Shown here in pieces: positions 25,190-37,686 of a DNA stretch of 47,527 nt. The DNA is from Octopus bimaculoides (Eukaryota), in assembly GCF_001194135.2 (NCBI RefSeq), contig NC_068985.1:80180841-80228367 (forward strand), written 5' to 3'. The notes below the pieces were generated by a model, which worked only from the letters and a program-made list of their open reading frames with translations, was not told the DNA's origin and ran no database searches. Positions within the stretch are counted from its first letter, which is position 1. Every line of letters begins with the position of its first letter. Made by a program: the position numbers and the translations under genes.

Positions 25190-25804
25190 CGTCATATTTC
25201 TTGACATAAAGTCTCCAAAAAAAGAGATCCTCAGTCGAAAAACGGCGGTAGCAGAGAAATTGAAACGAAGGAGAGCAAATGATTCGTCACATAAAACTTC
25301 AATTAAACAATCACAAAATGCTGCATGTACAGCTACTGCAAGAGCAATGGAAAGCGATGAGCAGCGTAGTATTCGTCTGGTCAGGAATGCTGCATTAACA
25401 ACTTCAGCCAATCTCCACCCTTTACCATATCATTTCTTTCATGAGGTGTTATTGAGCGCGTTCACAGTCTTAATTTATTACATATATGTAGTTCTTATAT
25501 CAGCTTATTGTTCAGCGTGGTAGCGGCAGCGCCGACAGCCGCAAAGGAGAATATATTTACTGAGAGCTTTTTGGTGCATTCACAGATCACGTACCCACCA
25601 CCCACTTTTCCATGACATGGTTAGGGCCTGGAATCTCCCAAACAGATACATGACGTGTCACTTAGTCGAATTAGCCCTTTATTTTCTCCACAAATGCTTT
25701 GTCGTCAGTGATGCACTTCCCTGAATCACATGTTTCAACTTAACTGTACCATATATACAAACTATGCCATTTAAATCCCGAACAACGCTGGGTATGTCTG
25801 CTAG
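25190..25804 (+). mobile_element. Helitron remnant with N-terminal ORF fragment and 3' end; 5' boundary uncertain
   Basis: SRKTAVAEKLKRRRANDSSHKTSIKQSQNAACTATARAMESDEQRSIRL resembles Helitron N-terminal repeats; imperfect 3' hairpin CCCGAACAACGCTGGG followed by CTAG|T at 25801-25805. Confidence 0.65.
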
Positions 25805-25844
<40 letters not shown>

Positions 25845-26778
25845 NNNNNNNNNNNNNNNNNNNNNNNNNNNNNNNNNNNNNNNNNNNNNNNNNNNNNNNN
25901 NNNNNNNNNNNNNNNNATATATATATATATACGTAAGCTATGCACACATTTCTACATTAGACGTTCATTCATGGACAAATATATTCGTATACATTTACAA
26001 ATACACACACACACGTACGCAAACACGCACACACATATGCGTAAGCCACGCACATATTTATACATTACACGTACATTCATGGACTCAGATATACACATAC
26101 ATGTACAAATACTCACACACACACATACATACATGCATACCTTTATTGCTAAATAAATATTTATACACACATATATATATATGCGTACATAGAAAGCTGT
26201 CTCTTCATTTATTTATTCTTCGTCATCAGCGACTTACCCGGCATTCTATGATATAAGCCGAGCAGCAGAGTAAGCCAAAGAATTACTGACAGCTTTCTTG
26301 TTGGCCATAAAGATAAGTTATCAGTAATATTTTGATAGCTGAAGTAGCTGTGTCATCTGTGTTGAAGTAATAGGTTACGCAGGGTCATCCGGATAATACC
26401 AAATGTCTCTTTTATCCAAGTGCATGTGTGTCTGTATGATGTGTATGGGCGAGGGGTATCAGTGTGTGTGTTCGCGTCTGTGTGTGTCCGTGTGACAGTG
26501 CGGCTGCGTAAGATAGATATTCTTTAATCTATGGAAAAGCTCTGCAGCAAGCATTACATTTTCGTTTGTGTAGTATAAGGCTTGATAAAAGTTATAAACA
26601 TAACCTCTTGTGTTTAAATTAAAGTACTCTGTTGACGTATTTTTTTATCTATGTTGCGTGACTGTTGATGTTATATTTTCTTGATTGAGTTTAGTCGCAG
26701 TCATATGTGTGTGTGAGTGTAATGTATGTATGTATGTATGTATATATATATAATGTGTGTGTACATGTATTTTGAAAC

Positions 26779-26816
<38 letters not shown>

Positions 26817-26819
<3 letters not shown>

Positions 26820-27699
26820 GGTGTTTCAAAAAAATTTGATATCATTTGAGATGTGAATATCACAGAAACTACATAGTCAAAGCAAATGAAACTAAACAGG
26901 CTTAATGTTGAGCAACATAAGATTTATTCTCCAAATTTGAATGAGAAATTCAAAGGTATGTGAATTCCATGAACGATTTCACAAAAACGGGCCTTGAAGA
27001 TGCTTCTTAGAGATGATACAGAACACATATACTTTTGGTGAGTCCCTCTTATGCTCAACTGTGGTATTGGGGATTTTTCTTCGCTCCAAATGCGAACATT
27101 ATTCTTATTGACTTTGCCATTCGTATGAAATGTGGCCTCATCACTGAAAACAAGAATTCTTCAGGTTTCTCTTGCATATCAACACAGAATTGTTTGTACT
27201 TTCGCTTGTCATCTTCCCTTATGGCCTGAACGGGCTGCAGCTTGTAGGGTTTCATTAGCAAGTGTTTCCTCAGAATGCGCCAAACTGTCATTGGAGGAAT
27301 CTAGGTTTCAGACTTGTTCTTTTTTGGCGAACCTGCTCAACCGTCTCTTCCGATGTTAGTGGTCGTCCAGATCCTTTTGCCCTGTGCAGACAGCTTTCCG
27401 CTTTGAATTTTTTTGCCATGTCCAAATCTGCATTGCCGTTGGTAGCATTTTAGAGAGCTCTCTCACAAATGCACGCTGCACAGTCTTGTTCGACTGTGTT
27501 CGAGCATACTTCAACACCCAACACGCTTTTTCTCTTCCAGTGAATACCATTTATATACCCGAGAAGATAAACATATCAAACATTAAACATAAAATTTTGA
27601 TCTGTTTCTATACATGCTGTTAAAATTTGAAGTCATTTGAACATGAACTGGCAAAGTTATTAGATTGCGAAATGATATCAAATTTTTTGAAACACGCTG
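26817..27699 (-). mobile_element. Tc1/mariner element with internal deletion (DUF4817-like HTH transposase), 883 bp
   Basis: TIRs CAGGGTGTTTCAAAAAAATTTGATATCATTT and (reverse complement) CAGCGTGTTTCAAAAAATTTGATATCATTT; TA on both sides; frameshifted transposase from ATG 27550 (MVFTGREKACWVLKYARTQS, TVWRILRKHLLMKPYKLQ, EHKRDSPKVYVFC). Confidence 0.92.
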
Positions 27700-27781
27700 T
27701 ATGTATATATGTATGTATATCTCCTTTTCTCAAATTTTGGACATCCTATACCCCCTTACTTCTGTACCCCCATGCACTCAC

Positions 27782-27935
27782 CATTCCTTCTGTGTTCCTT
27801 CTGTACTCTGGCAAAAGTAGCATCAATTATTTTAGGTCGTTCAATTTTTCCCAACTGATCAATAGACCGATTGGGCAAACTTATCAGTAACGTACCTATA
27901 ATGACTACTTTAACCAGTTGTAAGCCAAATTTGTT
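27782..27935 (-). CDS. Candidate internal exon, 154 nt, phase 0 to 1, unknown protein
   Basis: atttttccttgattAG acceptor and ATG|GTGAGT donor; open frame NKFGLQLVKVVIIGTLLISLPNRSIDQLGKIERPKIIDATFARVQKEHRRN. Confidence 0.3.
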
Positions 27936-28237
27936 CTAATCAAGGAAAAATATGTAATGACCATTATTTATAACCTGTTATACGCGCGCGCGCGCGCGAA
28001 TGACTGAACGAACGAAAGGAAAGGGCATTCAACAGATTTAGTAGGTGTTACATGTATTATTTAAAACAGTTTGATTCGGTTCCCTGCGACTGAAAGTTTC
28101 GCAGGCCTCTAACAGAAGCCGTCTTTTTCAGGCTTTAAATTTTCGGTAATCNNNNNNNNNNNNNNNNNNNNNNNNNNNNNNNNNNNNNNNNNNNNNNNNN
28201 NNNNNNNNNNNNNNNNNNNNNNNNNNNNNNNNNNNNN

Positions 28238-28276
<39 letters not shown>

Positions 28277-28715
28277 CTACAGATTTGTTTGTCAGTTGTT
28301 TGATCTTAACCAGTTGAGCATATCCCTTGGTGGCTGACGATAAGTACATCTCTGATCACAAGCAGAAGTAGTGGAGGAACATCATAGCCATCCACTACTT
28401 TATTGAGAGGAATTCTTTGGGGTTCGGATAATTCACCTTTGGAAACATGGGTGTTTCGTTCAACATCCTTAAACAACCCTTATTAAGGGACCTTTTGAGT
28501 GGGATGGGCTACTCGACATGAAGAAAATTTTAACTGGGCCCCACCTGCAAGGTCATGATATGACATCTTGATATGAGATCACCATGTCTCGCACGTATGG
28601 TTATGATGCATGTGCCTGGTGTACCCTTATCAGATGGGTAGTCATAATGGGTATACTGGGCTTCGTATATTTTACCCCAGCGTCACTTTGATGGCATGCA
28701 CTGCTCTTTCACTCT
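28238..28715 (-). mobile_element. Non-autonomous retroelement-like repeat with (ATT)n tail
   Basis: GC-richer block of about 440 bp ending, on the minus strand, in an (ATT)n tract next to the gap; resembles a common octopus repeat from memory. Confidence 0.55.
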
Positions 28716-29375
28716 ATAATGATAATAATGATAATAATGTGAGTGTATATATATATATATATCATTCAACTATGGTAGTAGTGGAATAATATTCTTAACG
28801 TAGCTTTTTTGTCGCAGTCGGTGTCTTCCAAGTAGTCTCACTAATTCAGTTTTAATCGAAATCAAATTTAGTTTCTTGGATTATGTTTGACTAAGGATAA
28901 GCTACATTTAGACATAAAATACTTAAAATCTGGTACAGTAAAACAGAAGTTAAGAGGAAAAACTATAGACCAAACTGGTTGACTGGCGGGTAGTAACGCC
29001 CGACATCGACACTTTGAATCCACACCATTCTTTTGATTTTGGTTAAAAATTATTATATTGATATTAATATGAAAGAGAAATGTTAAAGGAATGTATTGGT
29101 AAGGGTTTCGTAAAATTTTATCTATTAAAAACAAAAATATTTATTTTTAATGCTCAAATTTTTATCAATGTTTGGGTGATATTAAAGGGACACTACTCAT
29201 ATATGAACTAAACTATTTCTTAGGCTCACACAACAAAAATAAAAGACAACACAAGTCGATACAAAGAGTTCTAATATTTATTTTCATTAGTTTAAATTTT
29301 TTTTTATAAAAAATGAAATTTTTTGCAGTATGGTTTCTTAAGGTCCATTTTTGAATAAATTATTTTAATAGAGGA

Positions 29376-29560
29376 AACCCCCTTCGGTCATGAATGACCA
29401 TGGGATTGCACCTAGAAAGTTACTCTCCGAGGTACAAGTCCGAGCAAGGTTATTTGCGGAAGGCCAGCAGTCGCCCATGCATACTAGCTTCCCCTCTCCA
29501 CACCACTGATGTTAAACCAAGGGAAAGGTAAAGGCCGATACAGCTTGGCACCAGTGATGT
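29376..29560 (-). mobile_element. 3' half of a family C SINE (tail type 3), cut by a gap
   Basis: The reverse complement aligns with 45415-45598. Confidence 0.85.
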
Positions 29561-29755
29561 NNNNNNNNNNNNNNNNNNNNNNNNNNNNNNNNNNNNNNNN
29601 NNNNNNNNNNNNNNNNNNNNNNNNNNNNNNNNNNNNNNNNNNNNNNNNNNNNNNNNNNNNNNNNNNNNNNNNNNNNNNNNNNNNNNNNNNNNNNNNNNNN
29701 NNNNNNNNNNNNNNNNNNNNNNNNNNNNNNNTTAAGATATTTTTATTTTCTTGGT

Positions 29756-30200
29756 TTTGTCTCTATGAGCAATACTGAATCATGTAGTAGGGCTGTTCAG
29801 AAAAGGCAAATAACAAAAATTCAAATATTTTAACAGTCAATTTTCACTATTTTTAAATTTTCAAACATGGAGTTAATTATTTGCATGCTAAAAATGACTT
29901 TATTTATAATTTATTTATTAATCTTATAGTAAATAGAATATGATTATTTGTGGCTTTGTCTCTCTGAGCAGTACTGAAGTCTGTAGTAAGGCTGTTCAGA
30001 AAAGGCAAATGCTACTTGTAATTATATTCTATTCAATATTAATTTAATTTGATATATTTAAAATAAAGTCATTTTATTTTAAATAAGTATTCTCCATTTT
30101 GCTTTTCATTATTTTAAAAATTCTTTAAATATATTCATTTGTAATTTTGTCTCTGTACAGTACCGAAATTACTGTACGTATATTATATCCAGAAACGGTA
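29756..30200 (+). repeat. Three degenerate direct repeats with about 195-bp period
   Basis: TTTGTCTCT-anchored units at 29756, 29955 and 30146; units 1 and 2 share GGCTGTTCAGAAAAGGCAAAT. Confidence 0.7.
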
Positions 30201-30388
30201 AAGTTGCAATGATTGTCATTCATTTTTAATTTAATTTCTAAATGAGAATTAGTCAAATGAAAAAAATCAAAATTTTGTTTGAATTTTCTTGGAAATCTTT
30301 TAATTCAAAATGACTGCAAAAAATGGTAATTTTATATATTTTTAATTAAAATTTTACTATTACTGCAATGCCTGTAAAAACACTGGAC

Positions 30389-30743
30389 TAGCCAATGAAA
30401 AGTGCGGACGCATACTAACAATATACTTAACAATTAAACCTTGAAAAGTAGAGGACAAAAAACTCATTAAAATTAGAGTTTAAAATATTGCTGCTAAAAT
30501 TAAAACTTTAAATTTTTTATTTATTCATTGAGTACAAAAAAATAAAATTAAAATAAAAAATGAAGAGAGAAATTAATTGAATTTTTTAAAAAATATGAAA
30601 AAGTACTTAAAAGGTACTTTTTAATTTTAATTTTAGCAGCAATATTTTAAGCCCTGAGTTATTGAGTTTTTCCTTGTCCTCTACTTTTCCAGCTTTAATT
30701 GTTAAGAATATTGTTAGCATGCGTCCGCATCTTTCATTGGCTA
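30389..30743. mobile_element. Fold-back/MITE-like element with arms of about 120 bp
   Basis: Arm 30389-30506 matches the reverse complement of 30622-30743 (TAGCCAATGAAA..TGCGGACGCAT.CTAACAATAT.CTTAACAATTAAA..GAAAAGTAGAGGACAA..AAAATATTGCTGCTAAAATTAAAA). Confidence 0.8.
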
Positions 30744-31592
30744 ATATGTACATATATCACATCTTCAAGACAAACGGAATGATTCAATTTTGTGAACTGA
30801 ACTGATGCAAACTACAACTAGGTAGTTTGAGTTTGCATCTTTAACGTCGAGTGTGATTTTGCAAACGTACGGATCCAGTTGTCAGAACCAGAGCCCAAAT
30901 CGAATGACAAAGTAGACCAAGACAACTGATTGACTCTGGTTTCAAGCGCTGTCTAATTAGTCTGACTATCTGATTCCGATTGCTAGGTGAACAGAGGCAA
31001 TATAGATTTCAAGGTTATGCTCAAAAAGTCACACACTATGTATGGATTTGAACTCATAAACTAAAAGTACGTTGTCCAATCCAACACCTTAACTATCCAA
31101 ACACCTCAATTACAGTATTTTCTCGTGGATAATGCGAGAAAATTAGTACAGGATCTAAGTCGGAGCAGGGTAGTAGTATTCTCGAGTGTAAAAGAGAAGA
31201 GAATAAAATATTATTGATTTATGTCTAGATAAAGTGTGGACCGCATTACGACCAAAATTGCATTGTACTCGAGTTGAATAGCATAAATATATTTATAAAT
31301 GTGGGTGGGTTTTCGTTTTTTCGGCGTATAGATAAACTGATTAAACGTAGTGTTTCCTTTTATCTACCTCGCGAAATCAACCCAGTCAAGTGCAGCGCTT
31401 TTCAAAGTGAACGTTACCGCCCCCTGGTGTCTACGCGTGGGTGGGGAGAGGCCATGAGAAATTTTTAATGAGTATTGGGCACAAAGGTAGCGGTAAACGA
31501 GCGATACACTCATTGTTACAGATTTTTTTGTTTTAGTCTTTATCTCTTCAAATATTACCTTTAAGACAAAATTTAAAATAATATGATAAATT

Positions 31593-31813
31593 TAGGGCAG
31601 CGAGCTGGCAGAACCGTTAGCACGCCGGACGAAATCCTTAGCGGCATTTCGTCCGTTTGTACGTTCTGAGTTCAAATTCCACCGAGGTCGACTTTACCTT
31701 TCATTCTTTTGGGTTCGATAAAATAAGTACCTGTTGCATACTGAGGTCGATATAATCGACTTAGCCGCCTCCTTCGAAATTACTGTCCCTGTGCCAAAAT
31801 TTGAAACTAATGT
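31593..31813 (+). mobile_element. Family B SINE, full length, with 11-bp TSD
   Basis: TATGATAAATT at 31582-31592 and 31814-31824; tRNA-like head and Deu/Nin-like core. Confidence 0.9.
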
Positions 31814-32204
31814 TATGATAAATTGCTAGTTTGCTACAATCGCAACAATAATCACATTGTTAGCAATAATAATAGACTTCGTGTCGATAAGTAAATACAC
31901 AAAAGCGAATATATTCCACTTATTCTTATAGTATTCTTATAGCAGGATGGTACTATGGTGAGTTGTCACCCGCGTCAAACTAGTTTGCTTGTCCTGTGCA
32001 TCATATGTGATACATCGGACATATTTCCCTGCGTTCGTGCATCATTTGATGCATATTCCTAATTTTTTTCTACCACGTGACTTTGGGCTTATGAAAGTAA
32101 TGTTTTATATCAATTATTCAGAACGTATGAACCAAGATATACTCACATTTTATATCGTGCAGCAGAATCGGAAAAGCGTGTTTTCATTGACCTCAGACGT
32201 CTAG

Positions 32205-32620
32205 AAAATCAGAGTTGACTTCTACCCTTCTATCCTTCAAATCAGGTGTCAACTGCAGAAGTACCTACTTTACACGTATCTTCCAATACTCAAAGTCTTC
32301 TACCATCTTCTGTAATGCATTGTAACCACTGTCCAGTTTTGCAACAAGCTTACAGATTTTGACTCGTCTGTCTGCGCGAATCAAGCCGTCCACTCGCTGA
32401 TGATTCGGATCGCAGTTAACGGTCTCCCACTGTGTAGATTGTCTTTAGTGATAGTTTCCTCTTCTTTAAACTTCATCCATCTGTGCACACTCTTGCCAAT
32501 GGTATCATCTCTCTTAAACAATCAATAGCCTTCTGTACCTGTCGGACAGCCTACACCTCTCCTTCGTGAAGAACTCGTTGACGACATGCTGCTCCGCCTG
32601 GAACCCAATATGGCTGGAAA
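32205..32620 (-). mobile_element. Decayed mariner transposase, N-terminal half
   Basis: Across frameshifts: KSVHRWMKFKEEETITKDNLHSGRP...HQRVDGLIRADRRVKICKL...LTPDLKDRRVE, matching the mariner HTH and SGRP motifs. Confidence 0.75.
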
Positions 32621-33269
32621 ATCAGTACTTTGTCGATTCGACTCTTTTTCTCAAGCTACAAACTCTCATGACTAATTCGTCGTCATGTCGGTAAGAGGCT
32701 ATATTTGGGCTTCCTCGTATAGTCCCAGTATTCGAGATAGAGAGATGGATCGTTTAAGGACTGTGAAACATAAATAGTAATTACAAGCAGGAGGGCATCA
32801 CTATCCATTTTGGGAGTTCTTTTGAAGGACAAACGATAGAAATTTGATGTAAGAGAGAACTGTAAACTAGATTATACTTTGTAAAATAATTGATATTTAC
32901 TAGATTGAAGTCTAGATTCTGTATTGTGGCTCGGTTGATTGCTTTTTATCAGTTAATATATTTTCCAATTCCTTCTAGTGAGGTGGTAGCAAAATTAGAA
33001 TTAGAGATATATCATGGCCCAATAGAGTGTTATATAATGAATTTAAGTAATTCCAGAATACTAAGTACTTTTCGTAAAGCGATTTCAAGTAGAACAAAAT
33101 CTTCTCGAGCCAATCTTGAATTTAGAATCTGTAGAGATGAAGCTAAATAATTTAATAAGCTTTTTCGTCCAGTGCTCTACGCTTAAACGGACAAAACTCA
33201 CAATACTATCGGGGTTGGGAGTGTTGTTAAATTATTTATTAATAATATGAAAAGCAAACGATTAACTTT

Positions 33270-33730
33270 TCAAGCGGCTGCCACAGAGATGCGTTTCATG
33301 ACGTTGCGCTAGGAATCTTTGTCTTCCATTAGCTTTTGTAGGTTCTCAGTTTCATGTTGTGCGTCTCTACCAATACCATCAAGGTAGTTGGGTGATCTTC
33401 GGCGTCTATAAAGCTGCGGAATCCTCTCACTGCGATTGCAGTGGCTAACAAGGCTTGTCCTACACTGAGCAACAAAAGTAGAGGTAGGTAGAATGTGTCC
33501 ATCATAAATCTTTTCTTTGGCTTTGTGTTCACGCTATGGACAGCTTTGAGCCCTCGGGAGGAGCCCGCTGTATGCACCACCAAGGCAATCTTGACACTCC
33601 TTCTTCATAGTCTAAATCTCAGCTCCATATAGTAAAAAGCTATCTATATATGCCCTAAAGAAGGTCGGCCTTGTTGATTTCTGGGATATGTGATTGAAGT
33701 TTCTTACAGACGCTCTAGAGTCGTCCCTTG
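33270..33730 (-). mobile_element. RTE LINE 3' remnant
   Basis: Across frameshifts: FFRAYIDSFLLYGAEI*TMKKECQDCLGGAYSGLLPRAQ...REHKAKEKIY...LQKLMEDKDS, typical of the RTE thumb and C-terminus. Confidence 0.75.
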
Positions 33731-35357
33731 CATATCAGGAAGACTAAGTAAAGGTTATAGTTATTTTCTAATGTACAGACATATATATGGTAACACTTTT
33801 TTAATTTAACTAAGTATTTTTGCGGAAATAAAGGAATCTAATGTGAAAGGAAGAAGTAAGGACTTTGCCTGCACGTTGGCTTATATGAGCACAAAAACAA
33901 AAACAGCTAAAAATTGCAAACATACTTTACATTTCAGTCCTCAAATAGTCACATCACAAAAGTAAATAAATATATAAACCTAATTATGCATACATATTTT
34001 TCTACATCAATGGATCCATTATGTCACAAAATCTTCACACTATACACTTATTCTTTTTCGCCTTCAGTTTCAGTTACATAAGATATAAATTAATGCACTC
34101 TGTTTTACTAAGACACTTTTTCTTAAGATGTATGTGTGTATGTATGTATTATGCATGTATTATGTATGTATTATGTATGTATGTGTGTGCGCGCGCGCGT
34201 GTTTATATATATATATATAGATATATACTAATAGTTTAAATACTCTTATTTCAAGAAGCAAGTCTTAATTTCGACTCAGTCACCAGTACTTTCGTTTGCC
34301 TCTACTGAAGTGCCAAGCGTTATTTCCGAATCCACTTATGAGCTCACTTCAGGTTCTCACTTCTTTGCTGTCTTGCTATTTATTCATATACTTAACTCCA
34401 GAGTTATGCAATTTTCTGCAAAAGCTACATTACAGAGAGGGGGAACAAACATGTTGACATCATAGTTGGTGCGTATGTGCGTGTGCGTGCGTGCGTGCGT
34501 GTGTATGTGTGTGTGTGTGTGTGTGAGAGCGCTTATGTGTGTATGTACGTGTCTGTGTTGTGTATTGTATGTATGTATGTGTGCATATTTGAACGTTTTC
34601 TGTGTCGTCAGATTTAAGATAAGTTTGTATATTATTCAATTCCGAATAATGCGTAATAAAGATTCATTTTAGTTATTATTTGCACTGGAATGTCAGCGAA
34701 GGCTTTTAGATTAATCTGTGTGAGGGCATTTGGGGTTCATTGTGTTACATTCTTGATAATAACGTCGATTAATCCACTTCTAGGCCGCCCTTTAACTCTG
34801 ATTAGGTCTAAAAGTAAACATTTTTACTCCAGAATATGAACAACACGTTCAAAGAAAGCGCCTTAATTGAAGGCTACCGTATATAAAATTATAAGCAAAA
34901 CAGCGCTTAATAAGGACCCAGCAGGTTTCATAGAATTATTTAACATGTATAGGACAGGTTTTCTTGAAGTAGCCTCAGCGTACCTAGCGGAGATTTGTAT
35001 CGATTTAGTCGATCCTACAAATATAGGTGAAAATATATCATTTGCTGTCGGAAATTGAACCCAACACCTGTAGCTACTTAAGAAGTTACTCTATTGCTGA
35101 CCTGCTACATAGAGAAACGTACTTTTGAACCTTGGCACTTTTTTTTTTACACTCATTGAGAGCTGTCGTATAATTTCCTTCTGTGTAACGTTGCTTTCCT
35201 GTTCCGTTTAAATATATTCTTTTGTAATATAGGACTTCCCTTGAAAAGATACTTCTGCTACACTCGAGAGACATTACGTCTTAAAGGACTTAAGATTTAG
35301 CTTATATTTGTGGGCACAAGAGGTGCTTTCTACAATCGTATAATATAGCATAATATA

Positions 35358-35393
<36 letters not shown>

Positions 35394-35599
35394 TAGTGCA
35401 GACGGCCTGCCACCTGTCATCGTGTCACTGTTGTTATCACACAGATAACATTTTCATTAATTATTCGGATGACAGCATAATAAACTGAACTGAATTTCGC
35501 CTCGTGGGCGTGGTCTGATGAATCGATCGCTTGCACAGCACTGAATTTCCGGTCCAGGCTGTTTAGCAAACTAGTCAATAATGTTCTTTTGTAATACGA

Positions 35600-35815
35600 G
35601 CCAACGGAAAACCTGTGCTGTCACTCGACTTACTAGAAATAAGACCGAATCTCTCTTGAATCACACCCTCCATTTTTTAAAGAAAAAGTTAAGAACTCAG
35701 ATAATGTCGTCTCAGACACTCCACCTAGATAAGAGATAAAGACAATCACAGATACAAAACTGCTGAGCATAGGTCTACCCGTTTCAAGCTGATGTGAGGT
35801 TAAACAACAACAACG
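35600..35815 (-). repeat. Dispersed repeat family E
   Basis: Reverse-complement match, CTAGAAAT..CCGAATCTCTCTTGAATCACACCCT. Confidence 0.55.
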
Positions 35816-36060
35816 AGAACGATGATGACGACAATGATGATGAAGTTTCAGGCTTTAGTGAATCTTTTTTGGAGATATATAACTATTATAATCTAATCAG
35901 GGATAGTTAGGATTTATGAGTCTAGAAGGCTATAGCATATGGTCTTTGTATGACATTACTGTATCATTTCCTATATTAATACTATGATGGTTACGGTCGT
36001 GTTAATGATATGAGTTTGATAATATCCTATTGTTATTCCAATCAACAATTTTCAATTACT

Positions 36061-36270
36061 CTTTTACTCTTTTACTTGTTTCAGTCATTTGACTGCGGCC
36101 ATGCTGGAGCACCGCCTTTATAGTCGAGCATATCGACCCCAAGACTTTATTCTTTGTAAGCCTAGTACTTATTCTATCGGTCTCTTTTGCCGAACCGCTA
36201 AGTTACGGGGACGTAAACACACCAGCATCGGTTGTCAAGCGATGTTGGGGGGACACAGACACAATCATAT

Positions 36271-36301
<31 letters not shown>

Positions 36302-36474
36302 CATATATACGACGGACTTCTTTCAGTTTCCGTCTACCAAATCCACTCACAAGGCTTTGGTCGGCCCGAGGCTATAGTAGAAGACACTTGCCCAAGGTTC
36401 CATGCAGTGGGACTGAACCCGGAACCATGTGGTTGGTAAGCAAGCTACTTACCACACAGCCACTCCTGCGCCTA
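36061..36474 (-). mobile_element. Family A SINE, full length, young; the reference copy in this window
   Basis: tRNA-like head at 36474-36400, GGGCAAGTGTC core, internal (TA)/(TG) spacer, tail ending in AAAAGAGT repeats. Confidence 0.93.
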
Positions 36475-36866
36475 CTCTTTGCCTTTTTCTTTTTTCTAAT
36501 CTCTATAATCAAGTTAATGTAGAAATAAAAGAAGGTTTGATATTAGAGAATGCTTTACTTTCGTTGGGGAAACTCTCAATCGATAGAAATGTTTCTGTGT
36601 ATATATATTCTTATCGTTTAACCCCAGGTAGGCCCTCCTCAATAGAAATATTCTCAAATGAGTTCCAACCATCTCCATCTTGACTTTTGTTTTTTCTTCT
36701 TTTTTTTTGCTAACATAACGTATTTAGGAATATATTATACACTGTAGAAGGTACGTCGTGATTTGAGGGTGTTTGGCTGCTGTCTTTAACTAGTCAAGAA
36801 ACCACGTAGAATTTGTTTCTTTAGCTCATTTCTATTAACGTACTTATTAGTGCTGCTTGTAATAAT

Positions 36867-37012
36867 GATTTCAAATTTTTGGCCAGCAATGCTAGGGGAA
36901 GAAGGTAAGTCGATTACATCTACCTCCAATACTCAACTGGTACTTATTTTATCGACTCCCGAAAGTCTGAAAGGCAAAGTCGACCTTGGCGACATTTGAA
37001 CTCAGAACTTAA
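36867..37012 (-). mobile_element. Family B SINE, 5'-truncated
   Basis: Core match to 4440-4540. Confidence 0.75.
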
Positions 37013-37616
37013 GAAAATAAAAGAAGAAAGGAAGAAAGAAAAAAAAGAAAGAAGGAAGGAAGGAAAAGAGTCATTGGTTCTTTCCTTCTTGCACCGACTA
37101 AACCACAAAAGACAACGTAGTCAACATTCAACAATTTACAGCAAGTCTCATGATTTTCCTGATTGTATAAAATGTAGGGTAGCTAACAAGAAACTATAAA
37201 AACGACAGTAATTGCTAGTGAGTTCAGAATAAATACCTACTGTATTAATAACGACCATGACAACAATGCTGGAAAACTTAAAAAAGAATCCCGTTAATGA
37301 CAATTACTGGAATAATTATAATAGCAGCAATAAAAGCTGATCGCAACGATAAAGGACAAATGAAATTAGAGACGACGTTATTGACGAGTGACAGTGACGA
37401 AAGACTAGACGAAAGCTAAACTGTCCAATCTATAAATTATATGGTTTACGTATTTGACGTAGAGAGGGGGAAAAAATGGATAGGAAATGAAAAATAAAAC
37501 AGTTCGAAGATTTACATTGATTCCCATGTAAACAAATAATAAAACACACATACGTACATATACACACACACATACATACACACACATGCACATATCTATA
37601 TCTATCTGTCTATTTG

Positions 37617-37686
<70 letters not shown>

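Noticed and set aside
28084-28106. Small hairpin CCTGCGA...TCGCAGG as a terminator
   Set aside because: A short stem is expected by chance, and intrinsic terminators do not apply in this context.
35086-35274. TPR-like EGNYTTALNEC peptide as an exon
   Set aside because: The resemblance covers only about 10 residues, and linking it to the exon chain needs a weak donor.
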